NCBI GenBank assembly: GCA_030059675.1
Contig: JANVYQ010000001.1
Location: forward strand, 216,753-280,752
DNA: 64,000 nt
Direction: 5' to 3'
Origin: Candidatus Pelearchaeum maunauluense
GTDB lineage: Archaea > Thermoproteota > Nitrososphaeria_A > Caldarchaeales > Caldarchaeaceae
The translations under genes and the position numbers were made by a program. Shown here piece after piece: positions 57,290 through 64,000 of the stretch (the stretch's first letter is position 1; each line of letters opens with the position of its first letter). The notes below the pieces were generated by a model. It ran no database searches. It was not told the origin of the DNA and saw only the letters and a list, made by a program, of their open reading frames with translations.

Positions 57290-57964
57290 TTATGGTTTAA
57301 ATGGCCATTCCTCGTGCTTGTATGCGGCGTCCCAGAACAGGTATTCGTATATTGTGGATGTTCTGAAGTGCCGCTTCATGGCTTTCTTCTCTTCTTCGCC
57401 AACCTTGGTGTATGTCTCCTCGGTTAGCCTTATGACGCGCTCAACTGCGCGTGCGTACTCTTTTGAGGAGTATGTGTCTATCCACCTCCTATACGCCTCG
57501 TTGGGTGAGCCATGTTCTAGGAGATGCTTACCAACCTCCCAGTAAACCCAGAAGCAGGGTAGTATCGCCGCAATCCCCTCGTGGAATGGTCTGGAATATG
57601 CTACTGCTGTAAGGTAGTTTGTGTATGCTGTGTCGGTCATGTTCATGGGTGTGTCGTATATCTTCTCTAGGTTCATGCCCCACTCTGATAGTAGGAACTC
57701 GTGGAGTGATGCGCGCTCTACTGTGAGAGCATCGAGGGCGCTTGTGAGGAGTATGGTGGCCGAGTCGTCGTCGGGAGCCTTAACCCCTACTAGAGCAACA
57801 GCCCGCGCAAACTGGCTCAGATACAACGCGTCTTGGATTACGTAGTCCTTGAAGGTTTCCATGGGTAGTGCGCCTGAGACGAGTCCCTGTATGAATGGAT
57901 GCTCCAGTATGCCTTCATAAACATCGCTTATTAGCCTCCAAAGCTCCTCGCGTGGTTTGACCAT
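57290..57964 (-). CDS. tenA: TenA/thiaminase II family protein
   Basis: 224 aa helical heme-oxygenase-like fold, with FIQGLVSGALPMETFKDYVIQDALYL and a C-terminal ...YEYLFWDAAY.... Confidence 0.7.
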   Translation of the reverse strand: MVKPREELWRLISDVYEGILEHPFIQGLVSGALPMETFKDYVIQDALYLSQFARAVALVGVKAPDDDSATILLTSALDALTVERASLHEFLLSEWGMNLEKIYDTPMNMTDTAYTNYLTAVAYSRPFHEGIAAILPCFWVYWEVGKHLLEHGSPNEAYRRWIDTYSSKEYARAVERVIRLTEETYTKVGEEEKKAMKRHFRTSTIYEYLFWDAAYKHEEWPFKP

Positions 57965-58039
57965 GCTATAGTAGGTTGGAGTATCTCTAGATAAAACCTG
58001 CTGAGCGACGCGCAGACTGGAATATGTTGCTTGGCTGCT

Positions 58040-58357
58040 TTAGGGAGATATTCTCCTGATGGCGAATGCCAGGTCCATCGGTATATCCTCGCTAAGCAGC
58101 CTGCTCAACTCAACAAGTATATCATGTACAAGAATGCGCGAGCCTGCGCCAAACAGATTCTCCAAAGCCTCTATGAACGCTTCAGGCTTCTTCACTATAT
58201 CCTCCCGTTGTATCTGGTAGCTGTTCTCCAGGTGCCAGTAGATTATTCTCTTCGCATTCTCGCCTAGCCTGCCGAAGGCGCTGTCTACGGCGTTTAGCAT
58301 CACAGCCTGCCCTGCTGAGGCTTCCATCATGTCCTCCCAATGATATCCCCGATTCAA
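58040..58357 (-). CDS. hypothetical conserved small protein
   Basis: 105 aa helical protein. No motif recognised. Confidence 0.3.
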   Translation of the reverse strand: MNRGYHWEDMMEASAGQAVMLNAVDSAFGRLGENAKRIIYWHLENSYQIQREDIVKKPEAFIEALENLFGAGSRILVHDILVELSRLLSEDIPMDLAFAIRRISP

Positions 58358-58432
58358 GCCTATTCTAATTGATATTTCACAATAATATATATGTATAAGG
58401 CAGGTAAACCATATTAAAGATGGAAAACGGCG

Positions 58433-59476
58433 GTGAATGAGGTGAAGCTAGGCTCTACACCAACGGAAGAGGCGGTAGCTAGGGTAGTTGCGGCCGCCAT
58501 GAAGTGGGGACCAACAAAGGTAGCTAGGATAGCTACCGAGTGCGGAATCCCAACAGAGACTTGCCGCCACTACATTAAGACGCTCTTCAAGAAAGGCTAC
58601 ACTTTCACAGCCGTCGTTGACTATCATGCTCTTGGGCTACAGCAGTGTATGGCGTTGCTGAGGCTAAGCCGCGAGTGGCGGCGTGGCTTGCGTGAGAATA
58701 ATCTAGTCAGGTGGCTGGAGAGGATATATGCGGTATACCGCGCTGGCTTGGCTCAGGGTGGGGAGTATTTGTTCCACGTAGCGGTGCCGCAGGGTGAGGA
58801 GAGGGAGTATGTCAAGCTCCTTGAAGACCTTGTGGAGAAGGAGGTCATAGAGCGGTATGAGTTCTACATGGTTAAGGACGGCTACTACGCGCCGCGCTGG
58901 ATAAAGATGTACAGCCTCCTCCGCGACGCGTGGAGAAGCACGCCACTGGAGACCGAGATACAGAAAACCCCAATAACCTACAACAACGGAACAACAGACG
59001 TAGATAAGCTAGACCTCGCGATAATCCTCAGGCTGGAGATAGACCCAAGAAAACACAACCGCGAGATAGCCAAAGAAACAGGATACTCGGCGCAGCTCAT
59101 AAGCTACCATAGACAGAAACATGTAGAAGGACAACGGCTCATAACGGGATTTGTAGCAGAGCTAACTAGGGAGTCTCACGAGAGAAAGCTGCTGATTATA
59201 GCAACAAAGAGAGAAGAGCTCATAGACGAGGCTCTGTTGAATTATATGCATTTGAGGATTGAAACACCAGATAGTTATGTTATCTATCGTCTGCATCTTC
59301 CATTTCAACTACATACCAAGCTAACCCCAGATATTCAATCGCTCTTGTTGCATCATGATAAAATCATACGTTTCGGAATACCTCTGGAGCATTATAATGC
59401 TGATGGAGAGTGGACTAGCATTAGGCTATTCTTACAGAATGTTGATGAGGTTGTCGCTACAATTCGGCGAGAATAA
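58433..59476 (+). CDS. transcriptional regulator with tandem Lrp/AsnC-type HTH domains
   Basis: Second HTH DKLDLAIILRLEIDPRKHNREIAKETGYSAQLISYH. First HTH VARVVAAAMKWGPTKVARIATECGIPTETCRHYIKTL. Confidence 0.5.
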   Translation: MNEVKLGSTPTEEAVARVVAAAMKWGPTKVARIATECGIPTETCRHYIKTLFKKGYTFTAVVDYHALGLQQCMALLRLSREWRRGLRENNLVRWLERIYAVYRAGLAQGGEYLFHVAVPQGEEREYVKLLEDLVEKEVIERYEFYMVKDGYYAPRWIKMYSLLRDAWRSTPLETEIQKTPITYNNGTTDVDKLDLAIILRLEIDPRKHNREIAKETGYSAQLISYHRQKHVEGQRLITGFVAELTRESHERKLLIIATKREELIDEALLNYMHLRIETPDSYVIYRLHLPFQLHTKLTPDIQSLLLHHDKIIRFGIPLEHYNADGEWTSIRLFLQNVDEVVATIRRE

Positions 59477-59834
59477 CAAAAGAGGTAGAAGGTTGAGAAA
59501 ATAGAGGAGGGTGGAGATAGCTTTAGCTAGCTTAAATCCCATCCTGGTAGTGGTGGTCCTGCGTTAGCTGATATTATGAGCTGTAGCGCTAGTAGGGCTG
59601 TTAGGGTTGCTAGGCCTAGGACTGTCCATTTTGACGGCTTTGTTGCGAAAAGGCTTCGTATCGCGAATATGCGTATCATACTCCTTATACACCGCTATTT
59701 TCTAGACTTAGGTTGGAGATAACTTTTTCGTTTTGATTTCTCATGATAGTATATAAAGCTTTAGCAGATTATAAACCATAAAACAAAACAACCAAAGTAA
59801 GGATGTTTGAAAAAGGAAAGAGAGTTTTCGGGGT

Positions 59835-60527
59835 TTAACGCCTCTTCCTCTGGTATTCGTAGGACTCTCCTGGGTTTAGGACTACCACTTTAACGCCCTT
59901 GGCTTTTCTCTTGACTAGGCGGGCAAACTCGTTGGGGTCTTGTTTTATCGCGTCAAAGGTGTTGTAGTGCATGGGTATCGCTACTTTTGGTTTTATGAGC
60001 GCCGCTGCTACCGCTGCTTCTGTCGGGCTCATGGTGAATAGGCTTCCTATCGGTAGTAGTGCTATGTCTGGCTTGTAGAGCTGTCCTATCAGCTTCATGT
60101 CGCCGAAGAGTCCTGTGTCGCCTGCGTGGTAAATTGTTGCTTCTTCGCCTCGTATGATTATGCCGCATGGGTTTCCTGAGTGGTGTGCTGGTGTGAGCGC
60201 CGCTCTTATCCCCTCAACATCAAAGAAGCCGCCTATGTTAGCGCCTAGGGTTTTCTCCACACCCGCGTCGCTGGCCTTGACGGTCAGCTCATACATGCCA
60301 ACAACGGTGGCGCCCAGCCTCTTAGCAAGCTCAAAAGCATCACCCACATGGTCAAAATGCTCGTGGGAGACGAAGACGATGTCAGCCCTGTCTATCTCCT
60401 CAGGCTTCACAGAGGCAACAGGGTTCTGCGACAGGAATGGGTCTATGAGAATCACCTTACCGTCCAGCTCAATACGCCACGCGGCATGACCGAGCCACTC
60501 AAGACGCGCCATACAAAACACCAGCAA
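59835..60527 (-). CDS. metallo-beta-lactamase-fold hydrolase (UPF0173-like)
   Basis: HEHFDHVGD motif, as HxHxDH. 230 aa. Confidence 0.75.
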   Translation of the reverse strand: MLVFCMARLEWLGHAAWRIELDGKVILIDPFLSQNPVASVKPEEIDRADIVFVSHEHFDHVGDAFELAKRLGATVVGMYELTVKASDAGVEKTLGANIGGFFDVEGIRAALTPAHHSGNPCGIIIRGEEATIYHAGDTGLFGDMKLIGQLYKPDIALLPIGSLFTMSPTEAAVAAALIKPKVAIPMHYNTFDAIKQDPNEFARLVKRKAKGVKVVVLNPGESYEYQRKRR

Positions 60528-60597
60528 TAACGGGGTGTGCTGACACTATTTAAACAGAAGGAGCATTATTGTAGAGATTTAAGAGAGAGACGAATGC

Positions 60598-60984
60598 TTG
60601 GATAATGTTGGGATGGGTCTCGTCTATGTGAATGGCTCAGTAGCCTATGGCGGGAAGAGGGTTAGGGTCAGCTTCTTAGTGGATTCATGCGCCACCTATA
60701 CTGTCTTGAAGAAAGCTGTCTGGGCTGAGCTGGGCTTAAAGCCTATGAGGGAGTCCGAGTTCATACTGGCTGACGGCACGGTGATAAAGAGAGCGTTATC
60801 AGAGGCCTTGATAGAGCTTCCAGGCTATGGAGAGTATCACAGCCCAGTAGTCTTAGGCGAGGAGGAAGACGAAAACATGCTGGGAGCGGTAACTCTTGAG
60901 ATATTCGGGCTGGTTTTAGACCCGTTTAAACGCGAGCTAAGGCCTATAAGGTCTTTGATGAAGCTTCTAGCCGCTAAGCTCTAG
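60598..60984 (+). CDS. retropepsin-like aspartic protease
   Basis: 128 aa with the DSCAT motif in VRVSFLVDSCATYTVL (clan AA D-S/T-G-A-like) and a flap-like ...ADGTVIKRA... segment. Confidence 0.45.
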   Translation: MDNVGMGLVYVNGSVAYGGKRVRVSFLVDSCATYTVLKKAVWAELGLKPMRESEFILADGTVIKRALSEALIELPGYGEYHSPVVLGEEEDENMLGAVTLEIFGLVLDPFKRELRPIRSLMKLLAAKL

Positions 60985-61329
60985 GTAGAGCTTCACGGCA
61001 AGCTCGGCGAATCTTGGGTCGTTAATGTCGGTGCCCAACTCCTCTATGGCTACGTTTCTGCCTAGCTGTTGTTTTAGGCGTTCTACGAAGAGCTTATTGC
61101 TCCCAGGCTCGTATAGCTCTCCGCCCTCTACGTCTAGGACTGACCAGCCCCTCGTGGGTATTACGAATGCTATCCCCCTTTTGAATTGGTTTAGCTTCTG
61201 GGCTAGCGTGTCGCATACCTGCATGAGCTCCTCGCGGATTAGCCTGACGTTGAGGTTGTATGGGTTGTGGGTGGATTTTACATCCCTCCCTGAAGCGTTG
61301 GGGTATGCTCTCAAGGGGGCCGAAGACAA
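60967..61329 (-). CDS. hypothetical protein, possible gene fragment
   Basis: 120 aa ORF. It overlaps the 3' part of the aldolase remnant in another frame. No motif recognised. Confidence 0.2.
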   Translation of the reverse strand: MSSAPLRAYPNASGRDVKSTHNPYNLNVRLIREELMQVCDTLAQKLNQFKRGIAFVIPTRGWSVLDVEGGELYEPGSNKLFVERLKQQLGRNVAIEELGTDINDPRFAELAVKLYLELSG

Positions 61330-61728
61330 GGTAGTTGATGCTCCCTGGAGCAGCGACTAGCGGCGGTACGCGCTCAGCAAGCGCGAACGCAGTAGAGTAG
61401 GACGGATGACCATGAATAACAGCGTTCAACTCAGGCCTAGCCTTGTAAATCCCTAGGTGGAAGCGATACTCCTTAGAGGGCTGCCCCTCCCCCAAAGCTT
61501 ACGCCCCTCAAGGTCTATAACGCTCATCATGACGAGCATCCTATCGCTGTGGTAGTTACCCCCCTCTTGGGCAGCCCCACTCCTAGGCCTCCTCCCCAAC
61601 CTCCTTATCAAATCCCTATACCTCTTGCCTTTGAGGCCTGCCGTTATGAAGTCTCCGTCCGCCTCGATCACGCCTGACAGCCTAGCCACGTCCGTCTGAC
61701 TAGATAGGATGGGTAGAATCTTATACAC
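61094..61728 (-). pseudogene. class II aldolase/adducin-family protein (FucA/MtnB-like), frameshifted
   Basis: 61453-61728 encodes ...SGVIEADGDFITAGLKGKRYRDL...VIDLEGRKLW. Then a -1 slip at a G5 run near 61478. Then 61094-61495 encodes GEGQPSKEYRFHLGIYKARPELNAVIHGHPSYSTAFA, which are the PSsE...H..iY...AVvH.H motifs. Confidence 0.55.
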
Positions 61729-61989
61729 GGTGCCACATCCTATCTTGAGGGGTAGGCCGTGATGGAGGTGTTCACGAAGAGAAGGACGAACTCTACTAGG
61801 CTTAGCCTAGAGTAGTGCAGCAATGTTCCAGTCTTGTCGTTAAAGCTCCCACCACATCCCCTGCAGAGATACCTACCCCACCTCTTAAACAACCCCTTAT
61901 CCAGACACTATTGTTAAAGTTTAAAAATAACTTAATCGAATAGTATGAATGGATAAGACAAGCCGCAGGGCCCTCGAATGGGGGCTCTG

Positions 61990-62490
61990 CTATAATCGTG
62001 TCTCTTCTATTATGTCGTATATATAGGTTACTTTATCTGCTAGTAGTTTCAAGTCTCTTCCTAGAGCGTCTTTAAACGAGGCTATCTCCACTCGTTTTCC
62101 TTGGTCTTTTACAGTCTTCACGGCTTCTATGTAATCCGAGTCCCCACTAACCAGTATAGCCGTATCGTATGCATTCCTAAATGCAAGCGTTATCAGTTTA
62201 GTTACTAACGCAACATCGACGCCCTTTTCTATTCTTATCGATTGTCCTTGAAACTGTCTCTCCCTTAGAGGCCTTGCGAACACCTCTATCCCGTTGAGGC
62301 TTAGGTTATCGTAGAACTTCTGAGGCTTCTTATCAGGATGGTATGAGCCGAAGAATTAACTCCTAACAAGATACCTATCCCCGCAGAGTGATTTAACAAG
62401 CTTAAGATAGTCAATCCTTAGTTGTTTCTTGTTTCTAGCACTCCACCGATTAGCCGAGTGCAAAACATTAGAACCATCTATGAAAATCAT
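61990..62490 (-). pseudogene. NYN (LabA-like PIN) domain protein with in-frame TAA stop at codon 45
   Basis: ATG at complement 62488-62490 gives MIFIDGSNVLHSANRW...YLVRS-TAA(62356-62358)-FFGSYHPDKKP.... This continues in frame into ORF 61990-62283, ending ...DTAILVSGDSDYIEAVKTVKDQGKRVEIASF. The gene is visibly AT-rich. Confidence 0.6.
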
Positions 62491-62503
62491 TACCCGCTCC
62501 AAA

Positions 62504-63598
62504 TCAATCACTCAACCCAAGCTCCTTAAGCAGTCGTGGGTTTTTCTTCGCTATTAACTCTGTTAACCGTTCGTAAAATTCGACAGCTTCTTCTAATGCT
62601 TTAACCTTCTCTGATTCTAGCGGAGTATATAATGCGCCGAATATCCTCATCGCCTTATCGGCCTTCTCCATCTCGGCTTTTATCATCTCAGGCTGCGGCA
62701 AATAATACACCTTCTCAACCATACCAGTGTTATGCTCCATCCAAAGGTCTATCAACTGCTTATTCACCCCTGCGCCTTCTAGCTGTGTCCGAAACCAATT
62801 CCGAAAAACATGTGGATGCAAAACATAGGCCGAGCCGTCAGGCGTCTTCATATCTAAACCTAATCGCTTGAGCAAAGCACCATACTCCTCGTAGAAACGG
62901 TTCTTCGGTATTGGTTTCTCAGGATCGCCATTAACGTGAAACACATATCCCCTGTTTAGTTTCGCTTCATGAATGTAGCGCTCAAGCTCGGCTTTCAGCT
63001 CAGAGAATATAGGAACATCACGGGGGTATCCGCTCTTTGTAATCTCCCCAGGTAGGTGAATCGTGTTATTTTCAAGGTCAATATATTCAACTCGCAGTTT
63101 CAAAGCCTCGCCTAAACGTAATCCTGTCAGAGGCAGGAGATGAAGCAACAACCTCATACGTCTAGACCGTGTAGCCATTATTAGCCGCTGCAGCTCGCTT
63201 AATGAAGGGATGCGGTCTATCCTGCGCGGTGATTTCTTAGGTAGCTTAACCTTCCGCTCAGGTATGCTGATCTCATAATAGTCAAGGAAGGATCGTAGTA
63301 GGTAGAGGCGAAACCTTATGCTCTTCGGAGATAACCCCTTCTCAACCAGCTGGTTTACGAATAGTTGCAGGCCATCCAGTAGTTTACGCCTATTTCCCCT
63401 GCCTAACTCGATAAGTTCAGAAATACTAAATACGCCAAGAATATCTCTAAGCTCCTCCAAGCTCTTAACAAGGGTAGAGTCCTGTCGACGCTTAACCAAC
63501 TGCGGATTCAGCCTTAAATACGGTTCAATACATTCCTCAACTGATGACTCCCCACCACCACGCCCATACCACGACATCAACAGAAATAGGGAGAGCAA
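62504..63598 (-). mobile_element. int: tyrosine recombinase/integrase (intact, pNOB8/XerC-like), adjacent to tRNA-Lys
   Basis: 364 aa. The C-terminal catalytic region has ...R..L... HPHVFRNWFRTQLEGAGVNKQLIDLWMEHNTGMVEKVYY (the H.LR...Y box). The start codon is 33 nt from the 5' end of tRNA-Lys on the opposite strand. Confidence 0.75.
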
Positions 63599-63630
63599 AA
63601 TATTTAAAAATAGTGTTTAGCACCGAACAT

Positions 63631-63705
63631 GGGCCCGTAGCTCAGCCAGGATAGAGCACCGGGCTTTTAACCCGGGGGTCGCGGGTTCAAAGCCCGCCGG
63701 GCCCG
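63631..63705 (+). tRNA. tRNA-Lys (anticodon UUU)
   Basis: Acceptor GGGCCCG/CGGGCCC with discriminator G. Anticodon stem CCGGG/CCCGG with loop CTTTTAA. T-arm GCGGGTTCAAAGCCCGC. Confidence 0.85.
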
Positions 63706-64000
63706 GTTGTTATCTTGTTTTTAGTATGAGGAGGAGTAGTGCCATGCCTATTATGAAGAGGATTAGGCCTGTGAGTTCTATTATTAGTCTCCAGCTTAGT
63801 GCTGCTCCTATTATTATGAGGAGTAGGGCTAGTATGAGGAGGAGTGGTTTTGCTGTTTTTAGTTGTGGCACTTCTGGTCGTTTTCTTTGTTTGTTTTGTT
63901 GATATAATGTTTTTGGTTGTTACATGGAGAGGGCTCCTGCTGCCTTTACTCTTATTCTTATGGCGTTTCCTGGTAGGTATGCTAGTGGTATCTCGTCAAC

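Noticed and set aside
3267-63705. tRNA-Gly and tRNA-Lys as the two ends of one large integrated island
   Set aside because: The intervening 60 kb holds core genes (ilvD, tmk, cdc6 with origin, V-ATPase subunit I, nadE, pheA). The two tRNAs are different isoacceptors with no shared att-like repeat.
1-64000. Stop-codon reassignment (for example TAG read-through) as an explanation for the three in-frame stops
   Set aside because: Both TAG and TAA occur, and the same genes also carry ordinary frameshifts. All other genes terminate normally at these codons. Pseudogenisation or error is far more parsimonious.

Overview
This 64 kb window looks like chromosomal DNA from an aerobic, hyperthermophile-type crenarchaeon; the taxon is inferred from gene content only, with no database check. 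Most of it is core and accessory chromosome. Genes called from motifs include the 5' end of a coxB-coxA cytochrome oxidase operon with SCO1, MoeA/MobB, IlvD, FAU-1, thymidylate kinase, an HD phosphohydrolase, IscU/NifU, V-type ATPase subunit I, PheA, NadE, an M24 peptidase, Cdc6/Orc1 with an adjacent ORB-containing origin, endonuclease V, TenA, and several transporters and regulators. Two tRNAs are present: Gly-GCC at 3267-3341 and Lys-UUU at 63631-63705. Each is followed on its 3' side by visibly AT-rich DNA. An intact tyrosine integrase abuts tRNA-Lys.

The most striking content is a complete but heavily decayed archaellum cluster at 6.8-13.9 kb. It runs archaellin, V4R protein, FlaX/FlaG-like fusion, FlaF, FlaH, FlaI, FlaJ. 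FlaI is broken into four frame segments. The archaellin carries an internal insertion of about 196 nt plus homopolymer frameshifts. FlaJ is split.

Across the whole window about fifteen genes carry single-base indels, mostly in mononucleotide runs, or in-frame stop codons. Affected genes include SCO1, an MthK-like K+ channel, an NCS1-like permease, a DUF3782-like protein, an MNT nucleotidyltransferase, a class II aldolase and an NYN protein. Long housekeeping genes are intact. This points either to real relaxed-selection or mutator-type pseudogenisation, or to clustered assembly error. I cannot distinguish these without reads.

Other items worth a second look:
- an FdrA/DUF1116/DUF2877 module with a cyclase and an amidase;
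- a Met-rich three-gene cluster that may handle copper;
- two DUF3782-like coiled-coil plus PD-(D/E)XK paralogs, one containing a 42-nt tandem repeat;
- tandem paralogous ArsB/NhaD-type permeases;
- an MNT/HEPN-like pair.

No CRISPR array or rRNA was found.
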